Source: an uncultured delta proteobacterium (lineage in GTDB: Bacteria; Myxococcota; Myxococcia; Myxococcales; Myxococcaceae). From it: 64,000 nucleotides of DNA. Positions within the stretch are counted from its first letter, which is position 1. The number at the start of each line of letters is the position of its first letter. This document shows positions 11,838 through 21,978 of the stretch, piece by piece. The position numbers and the translations under genes are program-made. The notes below the pieces were generated by a model. It searched no databases. It saw only the letters and a program-made list of their open reading frames with translations, and was not told where the DNA came from. Location: assembly GCA_963776345.1 (NCBI GenBank), contig CAVZMH010000016.1:288001-352000 (forward strand). The letters are read 5' to 3'.

Positions 11838-12746
11838 ATGAAACACGGCGTGAAGGCGATCGGGCTGGGGCTGGCGGTGCTCATCGCTCCGTTGCCGTCC
11901 GGCGCTCAGGGCCGCGTGGTCGCGCCCGGCGCCAGACTGGAGAAGCTCGCCGGCGGCTTCGCGTTCACCGAGGGGCCCACCTGCGACGGGGAGGGCAACC
12001 TCTTCTTCACCGATCAGCCGAACGATCGAATCCTGAAGTGGAGCGTGGAGGGCAAGCTGGTCACCTTCCTGCAGCCAGCCGGCCGCGCCAACGGGATGTA
12101 CTTCGGCCCCGGCGGAAACCTGATCGCCTGCGCCGACGAGAAGACCGCTCTGTGGTCCATTGCGCCGAGCGGCACGGTCACCGTGATTGTCGACAAGTAC
12201 GAGGGCAAGCACCTGAACGGCCCGAACGACGTCTGGGTACGGCCGGACGGCGCGCTCTACTTCACCGATCCGTTCTACCCGCGGAGCTGGTGGACGTACG
12301 ACGCGATGCCGCAGGATGGAGAGCACGTCTATTTCCTCTCCGCCGATCGCCGACACCTCGTGCGTGTGACCCATGACCTCGAGAAGCCCAACGGGATCAT
12401 CGGAACGCCCGACGGGAAGACGCTCTACGTGGCGGACATCGGCGCGGGAAAGACGTACCGGTACGAGATCGCGCCCGGCGGCGAGCTCACTCGCAAGACG
12501 CTGATCGCCAGGCACGGTTCCGACGGGATGACACTCGACGGCGAGGGCAATCTCTACCTGACGGGCGATGGGGTCACGGTGTTCGACAAGGCAGGCCGGC
12601 AGATCGAGCAGATCCAGGTCCCCGGCGAGCGCTGGACGGCGAACGTCAGCTTCTGCGGCAAGGACCGGCAAGCACTCTTCATCACCGCGAGCACCGGCCT
12701 GTACCGGGTCAGGATGCGGGTGAAGGGTGCCAACCCGGCAAAGTGA
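11838..12746 (+). CDS. SMP-30/gluconolactonase/LRE family protein, exported
   Basis: Signal peptide; FTEGP, NGPND, YFTDP, PNGI, DGMTLDGEGNLY. Confidence 0.9.
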   Translation: MKHGVKAIGLGLAVLIAPLPSGAQGRVVAPGARLEKLAGGFAFTEGPTCDGEGNLFFTDQPNDRILKWSVEGKLVTFLQPAGRANGMYFGPGGNLIACADEKTALWSIAPSGTVTVIVDKYEGKHLNGPNDVWVRPDGALYFTDPFYPRSWWTYDAMPQDGEHVYFLSADRRHLVRVTHDLEKPNGIIGTPDGKTLYVADIGAGKTYRYEIAPGGELTRKTLIARHGSDGMTLDGEGNLYLTGDGVTVFDKAGRQIEQIQVPGERWTANVSFCGKDRQALFITASTGLYRVRMRVKGANPAK

Positions 12747-12764
12747 TCACGAGGAGAGACGCAC

Positions 12765-13814
12765 ATGAAGGCCATCACCGTAGAGCCGAAGGTCCCAGGG
12801 ACGGCGCGCCTGGCGGATATCCCCGAGCCCGAAGCGACCAGCGGGTCGATCCTGGTGGAAGCCATCGCCGTTGGGGTCTGCGGGACCGACATCGAGATCG
12901 TGGAGGGGAAATATGGATGGTCCCCGCCGGGCAAGACGCGTCTGGTGCTGGGCCATGAATCCCTCGGCCGCGTGGTGGACCCGGGCCCGGGCGGCTCGCT
13001 CCAGAAGGGGGATCTCGTGGTCGGCATCGTCCGGCGTCCCGATCCCGTCCCCTGCCCCAACTGCGCCGTCGGTGAGTGGGACATGTGCCGGAACGGCCAG
13101 TACACCGAGCGCGGCATCAAGCAGGTCGACGGCTACATGTCGGAGCGCTGGCGGATCGAGCCCGAGTACGCCGTGAAGATCGACCGCTCGCTCGGCTTGC
13201 TGGGCGTGCTGCTCGAGCCCACGACCGTCGTCACCAAGGCGTGGGAGCAGGTCGTCGCGGTCGGGCAGCGGGCCTTCTGGGAGCCAAAGACCGTCCTGGT
13301 GACCGGGGCTGGCCCGATCGGTCTTCTTGCCGCCCTCATCGGGAAGCAGCGCGGGCTCGAGGTCCACGTCCTCGACCGGGTCGACTCGGGACCCAAGCCG
13401 GAGCTGGTTCGTGCGCTGGGGGCGACCTATCACACCGGTACCGTCGGGGGCGTGGGTTTCCAGCCCGACGTGATCATCGAATGCACCGGTGTCGGGCAGG
13501 TCATCAGGGACGCCTTCTCCGGTATCGGGCCGGGCGGTGTCGTGTGCCTCACGGGGGTCGGGGCAGGCGGGTCCACGGTTGGTCCATCCGTGGCTGACCT
13601 CGCTGCAGCGGCAGTGCTCCGGAACAACGTGGTCGTCGGCAGCGTCAATGCGAACAAGCGGCACTGGTACAAGGCCGGCGAGGCGCTGGCCCGCGCGGAC
13701 CGGTCCTGGCTCAAGCGCCTGTTGACGCGGAGCGAGCGGCCGGAGGATTTTGCCCAGGCCCTGCAGCGACGGGAGGACGACATCAAGGTCATCGTCCAGT
13801 TCGCGGAGGCCTGA
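12765..13814 (+). CDS. Zn-dependent glucose 1-dehydrogenase (MDR family)
   Basis: GVCGTD, LGHESLG, VRRPDPVPCPNC...DMC, YTERGI, GAGPIG, GSVNA. Confidence 0.85.
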   Translation: MKAITVEPKVPGTARLADIPEPEATSGSILVEAIAVGVCGTDIEIVEGKYGWSPPGKTRLVLGHESLGRVVDPGPGGSLQKGDLVVGIVRRPDPVPCPNCAVGEWDMCRNGQYTERGIKQVDGYMSERWRIEPEYAVKIDRSLGLLGVLLEPTTVVTKAWEQVVAVGQRAFWEPKTVLVTGAGPIGLLAALIGKQRGLEVHVLDRVDSGPKPELVRALGATYHTGTVGGVGFQPDVIIECTGVGQVIRDAFSGIGPGGVVCLTGVGAGGSTVGPSVADLAAAAVLRNNVVVGSVNANKRHWYKAGEALARADRSWLKRLLTRSERPEDFAQALQRREDDIKVIVQFAEA

Positions 13815-14597
13815 TGAAGGACCGGAGCGCCCGGATGTTTCCCTGGCAGGTGCTCGCCTCCGAGCTGGCCGGCACGGCAGTGCTGGTCCTGGTCGGACTG
13901 TCGCTGGTCATCCTGATGTTCGGAGACGGCAGCCCCATCATCCGGGTCGTTCCGAGCGAGGCGGTGCGACGTCTCATCACCGGGTTCCTCTTCGGCAGCA
14001 CGGGCGCGCTGATTGCGCTCTCCCCTGTCGGGAAAGGAAAGTGGAGCCCATCTCAACCCGGTCGTCACCCTGGGCTTCTGGCTGGCGGGCAAACTCGATG
14101 CGCGGACCGCCGTGGGCTACGTCCTGGCTCAGCTTGCCGGTGCCTGCGTGGGCGCCCTGCCCCTCCTCGCCTGGGGCGCGATGGGTCGGAGCGTGGCGTT
14201 CGGCGCCACGCTGCCGGGCAAGGACCTCCCGATCGGGGTCGTCCTGCTGGGCGAGGTGTGGACGACCTTCGCCTTGCTCGCAGGCCTCTGCGTCTTTCTT
14301 GGATTCCGAACACTTCGCCCATTCACTCCAGCGCTGTTTCCCTTCCTCTATTCCTTCATGGTGTGGGCGGAGGCACCCATTTCTGGAACCAGCACGAACC
14401 CCGCGCGAAGTCTCGGTCCTGCGCTCATCTCCGGGGAATGGCAGGGGTGGTGGATCTACTGGGTCGGCCCGCTGATCGGCACCCTGGTGGCAATCGCCAC
14501 CTTCAGCTTTCTCGCAAGACGGATCTCGGTCGCGAAGCTCTACTACTTCGATAGCGACCCTCATCGCGTGTTCTTCAAGGCCGCTGGAGGGCCTTGA
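13814..14597 (+). CDS. MIP/aquaporin family channel; frameshift near 14033
   Basis: SELAGT in the N-terminal frame; ESGAHLNPVVT and ISGTSTNPARSLGPA...WIYWVGP in the second frame. Confidence 0.85.
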
Positions 14598-14637
14598 GCC
14601 GGGGGCACGAGGTCACAGCGACATCGATCCAAGGCAC

Positions 14638-15582
14638 TCACGGCGCGGTCGCGTCAGCCGCGTCGACGGACAGCCAAACGCGCAGCCGGGGTTCCAGCCA
14701 GCCAAGCGTCGAGAGGAACAGCGCGGCGACGGTCAGGTTGAATGTCAGGTGGGCCCAGGCGACAGCCATCGCGGGCTCGCCCGTTCGGAGCATCCAGCGC
14801 GTGAACGGCCCCAGGAAGGGTAAGAACAGCAACACGCCGGTCGCGTTGAACAAGAAGTTGGTGATCGCCGTCGCGCGCGCCACTGGGCGCATTCGAATGC
14901 TGGCGACGAGCGCGGTCGAGGTGGACCCCACGTTGGCGCCGAGCACGATCGGGATGGCAGATTCAGCCGGCAGGACACCCTGCTGCACCAGCAGAATCGC
15001 GAGGCCGGTCGTCACGCTGCTGGACTGGACCACGCCCGTGAACACGAGCCCCATCAGCAGGGCGATGAGCGGCGTGGTCGCCATGGCCAGCCCCCCCTGG
15101 AACCATGGTTGTGCCTGCAGGGGTTTGAGCTCCGCCGAGACGAGATCGAGCGCGAAGAAGACCAGTCCGAAATAGAAGACGGCCTTGCCGATGGCGCTTG
15201 CGCGAACGGGGAGCGCCGACAGCAGCGCGCCCAGGACGATGAAGAACGGACCAATGCCCGTCAGCTTGAATGAGACGAGCCACGCCGTCGCGGTGGTGCC
15301 GACGTTCGCGCCAAGGACGATGCCAAGGCTGCCGCGGAAGCTGATGACCCCTGCATCCACCAGCGACACCGCGAGCGCCGTGATCGCGCTGCTCGACTGC
15401 ACGATGGCTGTCGCGACCGCGCCGATCAGGAAGCCGCGCCAACGGCTCTCGGTCACTCTGGGCAGCCACGACTTCAGCGCCGCACCGCCGACCGCCTGCA
15501 CTTCGCGGCTGAAGCCCTGCAGGGCCTGCAGGAACAGGATGATGGCCGCGGCCGCAGCGATAATCCCCTGAAGCGGTGTCAT
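14638..15582 (-). CDS. Na/Pi cotransporter family protein
   Basis: Duplicated motifs VQSSSA...LGANVGTT and VQSSSV...LGANVGST, plus AHLTFN. Confidence 0.88.
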   Translation of the reverse strand: MTPLQGIIAAAAAIILFLQALQGFSREVQAVGGAALKSWLPRVTESRWRGFLIGAVATAIVQSSSAITALAVSLVDAGVISFRGSLGIVLGANVGTTATAWLVSFKLTGIGPFFIVLGALLSALPVRASAIGKAVFYFGLVFFALDLVSAELKPLQAQPWFQGGLAMATTPLIALLMGLVFTGVVQSSSVTTGLAILLVQQGVLPAESAIPIVLGANVGSTSTALVASIRMRPVARATAITNFLFNATGVLLFLPFLGPFTRWMLRTGEPAMAVAWAHLTFNLTVAALFLSTLGWLEPRLRVWLSVDAADATAP

Positions 15583-15693
15583 GCGGTGGGTCCCGTGGCG
15601 CGTCAGCCTACGACTCGCCCGCGCCCGTCTCCAAGGGAGAACGTGCCGGATTCCGTGGGCGGGTGAGCCGCTACGCAGCCCCGGTCGGCGGCT

Positions 15694-15709
15694 GGCATTC
15701 GGCAACCTC
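15694..15709 (+). repeat. 16-bp direct repeat, copy 1 (GGCATTCGGCAACCTC)
   Basis: Exact copy at 18013..18028; both continue imperfectly as GTTC..CCTGAG. Confidence 0.8.
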
Positions 15710-15846
15710 CGTTCACTCCTGAGGCAGTCCAGGGCGGCTGGAGAGCTCGGCCGGAGCGGAAGGCTCCTCCGACTCCCCGATGACGGACTTTGTTCCGCCC
15801 GGTGCCGGGCGAGACAAGTGACGACTTGTCCTCGACAGGACGAGAC

Positions 15847-15935
15847 GTGCAGGCGACGATTGGGGAACGCGTTTCTCGCTGTTGGTGGGTGAGCCTTCTG
15901 CGAGGGGTGACCGCGGTGCTCTTCGGCGTCTGGGT
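15847..15935 (+). pseudogene. 5' shard of an hdeD paralogue, in frame with the downstream ORF
   Basis: [27 protein letters not shown] versus VQATIGNLFSRYWWMVLLRGVIAVLFG at 20393. Confidence 0.8.
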
Positions 15936-15981
15936 GCTCGCCGACGAATTGGAAAGGGACCGGGGGCGAACGCCGGCGACG

Positions 15982-17993
15982 TTGCCTCCGATCTCCGGCA
16001 TCCTGGTCCTGGTTGCCGTCGCGACCGCGGGCCTTTCGCGGCCGGCCTTCGCCTTCGACAGCAAGGGGCACAACGTCATCGAGGCCCTGGCCTACAGGAC
16101 GCTGGTCGAGGGACACGGGGGACAGCCTGCCCGTCCCGAGGTGCTTCGCGACCTGATCAACGACGGCGCCCTCGATGCCCCTTGGTGCTTCGGACGCGGG
16201 GACTCGCCCCCGGGCGAGTGCCTGACAGCGCCTGCCGAGAACCCTCTCCTCTCCTGGCCCCAGCCGGAGACCGACCGGCCGGATGCCTTCTTCCGGCGCC
16301 AGTTCAGCGATGCGGGACAGTGCTTCCATTACATGGGGACGCTCACCGACAGCCTCACGGATCCGATCCCGGGAACCTCCGTCCCCCGCGCCCTGGCCAC
16401 GAGCGCCATCGTGCGCTGCAACGACCTCCTCGACCGTCTCCTGCGACAGGTCGTCGTCGACGGCGGGCCAGGCACGCGCCGGAGCGGCTTCGGGCTCTAC
16501 GAGATGATGCACTCCGTCGAGGACTCCTTCTCCTTCTCTCACGCGGAGCGGACGCCCGATGGGATCGACTACCTCCGCGTCTGGAAGCCGATCGAGAAGA
16601 TCGCCGGCCTCCCGACGGAGCGCGCGAGCAAGATTCCCGACGGCGTCTTCCACAAGTGGGACGACCACCGGGACAAGACCTACGTGGTCGAGGGAGGTGC
16701 CGAGGCCTGCGACCAGCGCACGGATCATCCGTACGACGTTCCGTACGGGTGCCTCTCCGTGGAGGGAGACCGCGCCCGCCAGGCGATCGCCGAGCTCCTG
16801 GTCCTCGTGCGCGACCTGCGCCTCGCTCAGCTCGCCGTGCCCCCCGGAACGGATAGCCGGCCCGAGTCTTCGCCCCAGTGGCGGGAGTACCGGGCGAAAT
16901 GGTTCACCCCGGTCCATTCCTGCGAGGGAGCCGAATGCGCCGTCCGTCAGCCTCCCGAGACCGTCCCGGGAAAGTACGCCTTCCTGGGGATCGATACGGG
17001 CGTCCAGACACCGGGAATCTTCGAGGTGACCGCGCGGGGCTCGGTCTTGCGCTACGCCGAAGGGCTCAACCCCTTCGTCTACTCCGTGAGCGCCAGTCTC
17101 GGGTACCAGTACCGGAAGGACGGCGGGAGCGCCGGTGTCGTGGGCCTCGGCGTCGGACTCGTCCTGCCCCTGGGGCTCAGAGCCGCCCTCGGCCTCACGC
17201 CCGCGGAGCTGCGGACCGTCTTCGGGGGTTCCGGCGGTGGGTTCGAGCTGCTGACGCGACTGCTCCGGTTCGACTACGCGCTGGGTGACCGGTTCGTCCT
17301 CTCCGTCGAGGCGCCGCTGGTGGTGAACTGGGTGCAGCCCGCCGCGCACTGGTCATTCGCCGTCGGGTTCAGCTACGGGCTCTTCTCGCCGAGGGTCGTC
17401 GAGGGCGACACCCTCCTCCACCCCAGGACGTGACGGAGCGACAGGACCCGGAATGGGTGCCGCCACCGGCGGCCTACGGCCGGCTCCACGGTCGGAGAAC
17501 CACGGTTGCGGTCATCGCGGGGATCTCGGTGACGAGCAGTCCTGCCAACGCCATCCCGGGACGGAGCTATGGCCTCGGGATGCTCGGCACCGAGCTGACC
17601 TGGGACCGCGACCGCTGGGGAGGGCGCCACGCCTTCACGCCGGTCGTCTCGCTCGGGGCTGGTCTCCGGAACACCTCAGGCGAGTCGACGTACCTCACCG
17701 CGACGCTCGGTCTCGGCGTTCGCTGGTACTTCCTCGGACCCCTCGGCCTCTCGGTCACGGCCATGCGCATCGAGTCCGGTCCGAAGGTCCGCGGGACGGA
17801 CGAGACCGACGAATCCACCGGGGTCCACGGTCCTCCGGGGGGCGAGTACTACTTCCTCGCTGGCTCGCGCATCGGCCTCGCGCTCCAGATCGGCGTCCTC
17901 GACCTTCTCGTCGACAGCCCGACCATCGCCTGGACCTCGGACCCGTTCGGGACGCACGAGATTCTCAGCTTCACGATCGGCATCCGCCTCTGA
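15982..17993 (+). CDS. Exported protein with a putative Zn-dependent PLC/P1-nuclease-like domain and a beta-strand-rich C-terminus; probably one gene split by a frameshift near 17425
   Basis: Signal ending [36 protein letters not shown]; ORFs 15790..17433 and 17430..17993 join if one C is added in CCCC ([12 protein letters not shown]); start codon uncertain. Confidence 0.55.
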
Positions 17994-18012
17994 AGGGCGC
18001 TGCTTCGCGGCG

Positions 18013-18028
18013 GGCATTCGGCAACCTC
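18013..18028 (+). repeat. 16-bp direct repeat, copy 2
   Basis: Exact match to 15694..15709. Confidence 0.8.
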
Positions 18029-18248
18029 GTTCTTGCCTGAGCGTGGCGCCGCAGGGAAACTGCTTGCGCGGCCAGCCCTGCTGGGTGTGAGTTGCAGGCA
18101 CGGTGGTGAACGACGCGCCTCAGAGCGGCCCGCTTCCTCGAGTCAGGAGGAGCGCCTCCCACGGGTCCACCGCCCCTCGAGGCCCACCTGGAAGACGAGC
18201 CGCATGACCGCAGGTCGCTCTTTCGCTGGCCGGATTCGAGGTGAGCCC

Positions 18249-19718
18249 ATGGACGCGGACGTCGTTGCGGGGAAGCGAGCCAGGCGTTCCAGGAGGCTTC
18301 GCATGCTGAGCGTGCTGGTCGTCGTCTTCCACGTCCTCGGGCTCATCAGCTCCGCCCACGCGGTCATGACCAACCGCACCGCCCAGGGGGCGATCGCCTG
18401 GGGGGTGAGCCTCAACACCTTCCCTTACCTCGCGGTTCCGCTCTACTGGGTGTTCGGGCGCGGCCAGTTCGAGGGCTATCGGGAGTCCTGGAAGAGTCAC
18501 CAGAAAGAAATCGATGCGCTCACAGCCCAGGTGAGCCAGGCACTCGAGCCCTTCAAGGTCCCGACGGTCGAGCGCTTGCCGCACTACCAGGCCCTGAAGA
18601 AGCTCGCCCACACGTCGCTCCTCCGAGGCAACGACGTCGAGCTCCTGGTGGACGGGAAGGCGACCTTCGACAGCATCCTCCCCGGTCTGGCGCGCGCCAG
18701 GCGATACGCGCTGGTGCAGTTCTACATCGTGCACGACGACGATCTGGGCCGGCGGCTCAAGGCCGCGATGATCGACTGCGTGAAGAGAGGCGTCGACGTC
18801 TTCTTCCTCTACGACGAGATCGGAAGCGCCAGCCTTCCGCGTGCCTACCTCGACGAGCTCGGGGCGGCAGGGGTGAAGCACTCGAAGTTCAACTCCACCC
18901 AGGGACAGCGCAACCGGTTCCAGCTCAACTTCAGGAACCACAGGAAGAGCGTGGTCATCGACGGCCTGGAGACCTGGCTCGGCGGCCACAACGTGGGTGA
19001 CGAGTACCTGGGCCTCGACCCCAAGATCGGGCCCTGGCGCGACACCCATGTGCACATCACCGGGCCGGCGGCGCAGCTCGCTCAGCTCGTGTTCCTGGCC
19101 GACTGGTACTGGGCGACCCGCACCCTTCCCGATTGGAGCTGGGAGCCGCGGGCGGCGCCGAGCGGAGGCGACGTCCAGGCCATGGTGGTTCCGTTCTCGC
19201 CGGTGGACGATCTCGAGGCCGCCCAGCTCTTCTTCGTCCAGGCCCTGAACGCGGCCAAGAAGCGCATCTGGATCGCCAACCCGTACTTCATCCCGGATGC
19301 GGCCGTCATGGCGGCGCTTCGTCTAGCGGCGCTGCGGGGGGTCGACGTCCGGGTGATCACCCCGGCCAAGTCCGACGATCGGGTGCTGGAGCTGGCGACG
19401 CTCTGGTTCATGGAGCAACTCGACGGCGTCGGGATCAAGTTCTACCACCACGTGCCCGGGTTCATGCACCAGAAGGTCTTCCTGGTGGACGATGACCTCT
19501 CTACCGTCGGCAGCACCAACTTCGACAACCGGTCGTTCCGCCTGCAGTTCGAGGTGAACGCGCTCCTCCTGGACAAGCCTTTCGCGGCCCAGATGGAGAC
19601 CATGCTCCTCCACGACCTGGAGAAGTCCGAGCCCTACGACCCGGCCTCGCTCCGCAAGGCGTCGTTCCCGAAGCGCCTTGCGGTCTCGGTGGCCCGGCTC
19701 ACCGCGCCTCTTCTCTGA
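18249..19718 (+). CDS. cls: Cardiolipin synthase
   Basis: Two N-terminal TMs; two HKD motifs NHRKSVVID and MHQKVFLVDD; GPWRDTH, GSTNFDNRSF. Confidence 0.92.
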   Translation: MDADVVAGKRARRSRRLRMLSVLVVVFHVLGLISSAHAVMTNRTAQGAIAWGVSLNTFPYLAVPLYWVFGRGQFEGYRESWKSHQKEIDALTAQVSQALEPFKVPTVERLPHYQALKKLAHTSLLRGNDVELLVDGKATFDSILPGLARARRYALVQFYIVHDDDLGRRLKAAMIDCVKRGVDVFFLYDEIGSASLPRAYLDELGAAGVKHSKFNSTQGQRNRFQLNFRNHRKSVVIDGLETWLGGHNVGDEYLGLDPKIGPWRDTHVHITGPAAQLAQLVFLADWYWATRTLPDWSWEPRAAPSGGDVQAMVVPFSPVDDLEAAQLFFVQALNAAKKRIWIANPYFIPDAAVMAALRLAALRGVDVRVITPAKSDDRVLELATLWFMEQLDGVGIKFYHHVPGFMHQKVFLVDDDLSTVGSTNFDNRSFRLQFEVNALLLDKPFAAQMETMLLHDLEKSEPYDPASLRKASFPKRLAVSVARLTAPLL

Positions 19719-19911
19719 GCGCGCCTAAGCGCCAGGGAGCGAGGAAGGCTTCGCGTGGATACGCGAAGCTGCGCGTCGCCGGGTTTCGCTGCCGGCTAGG
19801 CCCAACGTCCAATGGCTCTTCCCGTCGCGCGGTGATTTCTACCACCTCAACGCAAGCCCCGAGACGAAGGGGCCCGATTCCGCTGTGGGCGTCCAACGAA
19901 AGGAAGAAACC

Positions 19912-20331
19912 ATGCGCAGGACGTTGATGGGTTCACTGGTAGTGGGGGCGTTGCTGCTCGTTGGGGGACGGGCCCAGGCCCAGACCACCGATACGCTCGC
20001 CGATGACTTGAAGAAGGCCTGCAACAAAGAGCTCACCACGTTCTGCAAGGGCGTCCCGCCGGGACAGGGTCGCATCCTCGCCTGTCTCTACGCCTTCGAG
20101 GACAAGGTCTCGGACAAGTGCATGTACGGCCTCTACGACGCCTCGCTCCAGCTCGAGCAAGCGGTCGCAGCCATCAAGTTCGCGGCCTCCCAGTGCAAGA
20201 GCGATCTGGACAAGTACTGCGCCAACGTCCAGGTCGGTCAGGGGCGGGGACTGGCCTGCCTCAAGAAGAACGACAAGAACGTGAGCCAGCCCTGCAAGGA
20301 CGCGCTGAAGCAGACCGGCCTGACGAAGTAG
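19912..20331 (+). CDS. Exported cysteine-rich repeat protein (GLG1-like repeats)
   Basis: Signal peptide and two repeats C...FCKGVPPGQGRILACL...C / C...YCANVQVGQGRGLACL...C. Confidence 0.8.
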   Translation: MRRTLMGSLVVGALLLVGGRAQAQTTDTLADDLKKACNKELTTFCKGVPPGQGRILACLYAFEDKVSDKCMYGLYDASLQLEQAVAAIKFAASQCKSDLDKYCANVQVGQGRGLACLKKNDKNVSQPCKDALKQTGLTK

Positions 20332-20392
20332 GAGAACGCGCTTCACCGGACGGCGAAGACAGGTGTAGGCCTCTCCCCACAAGGAGGAGAAC

Positions 20393-20959
20393 GTGCAAGC
20401 GACGATTGGAAATCTCTTTTCTCGCTACTGGTGGATGGTCCTTCTACGCGGGGTGATTGCGGTGCTCTTCGGCATCATGCTGCTCGTGTCGCCGGGCATC
20501 TCGCTGGCCTCGCTCGTCTTCTTTTTCGGCGTCTTCGTGCTCGCCGACGGAATCGGAAACGTGGTGACGGCATTGGGGGGACGCAAGGAGGAGGACCACT
20601 GGTGGGTCCTGCTTCTCGCCGGGCTCACGGGAATCGGCGTGGGCATTCTGACCTTCATGAATCCTGGAATCACGGCCTTGGCGCTTCTCTTCTACATCGC
20701 CGTCTGGGCCATCGTGACCGGCGTTCTCCAGATCGTGACCGCCATCCGGCTCCGCAAGGAGCTCCACGGTGAGTTCTGGATGGTTCTGGGTGGCGTCGCC
20801 TCCGTGGCCTTCGGGATGGTGATCATGGCGCGACCGGCGGCGGGAGCCCTGGCGATCGTCACTTTGATCGGTGTCTATGCGATCGTAATTGGCGTCGCTC
20901 TGATCTTCCTCTCCTTCAGGGTGCATCGCTTCGTGAAGCACATCGAGAAGCCAGCGTGA
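20393..20959 (+). CDS. HdeD/DUF308 family membrane protein
   Basis: WWMVLLRGVIAVLFG, WAIVTGVLQIVTAIRLRKE, six TMs; GGAGGAG RBS before GTG. Confidence 0.88.
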   Translation: MQATIGNLFSRYWWMVLLRGVIAVLFGIMLLVSPGISLASLVFFFGVFVLADGIGNVVTALGGRKEEDHWWVLLLAGLTGIGVGILTFMNPGITALALLFYIAVWAIVTGVLQIVTAIRLRKELHGEFWMVLGGVASVAFGMVIMARPAAGALAIVTLIGVYAIVIGVALIFLSFRVHRFVKHIEKPA

Positions 20960-20998
20960 GTCGAGGGGGCGCCTGAAGCTTCGTTGAGGCAGTGCCCC

Positions 20999-21025
20999 GG
21001 ATGGCCCCGGACAACGGGGCCATCC
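20999..21025. terminator. Perfect 11-bp GC hairpin downstream of the HdeD gene
   Basis: GGATGGCCCCG-gacaa-CGGGGCCATCC; no U-tract. Confidence 0.4.
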
Positions 21026-21121
21026 ACGAGTACCGCGGACCGCCCCTTCCCGGTGGGGCCGACTCCGGACGCGCGCGCAGTCCGCGGGTCGAGCGAATGA
21101 CGCAGAACAGAGCAGTGAGGC

Positions 21122-21634
21122 ATGAAGACCCAAGGTGAAATCAGGCAGAAAGTCCGTCACGGGCTCACCGAGTACGGATTGAACGTCATTTACCTGACCT
21201 TCGTCTTTGCGGCCTTCACTGTCCACCGGAGGCTCGTCCTCGCTGCGCACGACATCACCTACACCAACTACTGGGTGGCGCTGATCGAAGCGCTCATCCT
21301 CGGCAAGGTGATCATGATCGGCAGCGTGTTCCGTCTCGGCCGCGGGCTCGAGTCGAAACCGCTCATCTACCCGACTCTCTACAAGACCTTCGTCTTCACC
21401 CTCTTGTGTGCGGTCTTCACTGTCGTGCAGTACGAGCTGAAGGGCCTCTTGAACGGCGAGGGGCTCACCGGAGGGCTCGGCGAGCTCGCCGCGAAGGGGT
21501 CGTACGAGTTGCTCTCCAACAGTCTGGTGGTCTTCGCCGCGTTGACTCCATTCTTCGCGGTCAAGGAACTGGGAAGGATCCTGGGAGAGGCAAGAGTCCG
21601 CTCGCTCTTCTTCCGGAGTAGCACCGAGCCGTGA
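21122..21634 (+). CDS. Hypothetical four-TM membrane protein
   Basis: Clean ORF with hydrophobic segments (ALILGKVIMIG, LIYPTLYKT, PFFAVKELGRILG). Confidence 0.7.
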   Translation: MKTQGEIRQKVRHGLTEYGLNVIYLTFVFAAFTVHRRLVLAAHDITYTNYWVALIEALILGKVIMIGSVFRLGRGLESKPLIYPTLYKTFVFTLLCAVFTVVQYELKGLLNGEGLTGGLGELAAKGSYELLSNSLVVFAALTPFFAVKELGRILGEARVRSLFFRSSTEP

Positions 21635-21724
21635 GCACACGAGCGTCGCCCATTCCTGCGCGGATCGGGCCGCGGCCACGAAAGGATGTCTCGACGGGCT
21701 TCGTTCCCGTTCGAGAAACGCTGC

Positions 21725-21814
21725 TCACTGCATGAACCATCCGTGGCTGACGATGAAGGATTGGCCAGTCATCGCGTTCGACGGGAACGCGGTGCAGAAC
21801 AGCGTCGCCTCGGC
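21725..21814 (-). pseudogene. C-terminal shard of a 3-hydroxybutyrate dehydrogenase-type SDR
   Basis: AEATLFCTAFPSNAMTGQSFIVSHGWFMQ* resembles the recalled BdhA C-terminus (FPSAALTGQSFVVSHGWFMQ). Confidence 0.7.
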
Positions 21815-21865
21815 TGGAGGTCGAAGCACGGCGGGATGGACGTGAGCGAGGCCAAGCGGCTGAAA
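21815..21865 (+). mobile_element. Shard of an IS3-family OrfA transposase
   Basis: WRSKHGGMDVSEAKRLK resembles the IS3/IS407 OrfA motif WRSKYGGMxVSEAKRLK. Confidence 0.7.
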
Positions 21866-21978
21866 CCTCCGGGCACCGTCGCTCCGCTCCGCGCGGGCCG
21901 AAGCCACACGCCCCCGACCCAGGCCCGGGTTCGAAAACCCGGGTTGTTCTTCCTTGGATCTCGCCAGGAGTGGAGGTG

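Noticed and set aside
14638..17349. 903-aa ORF as a single Na/Pi transporter fusion
   Set aside because: Only the last 314 codons are transporter-like; the rest is antisense to the plus-strand exported gene
19748..19769. Hairpin GCTTCGCGT-ggat-ACGCGAAGC after cls, and a similar hairpin near 2159-2185
   Set aside because: Isolated stems without further copies; likely ordinary terminator-type structures
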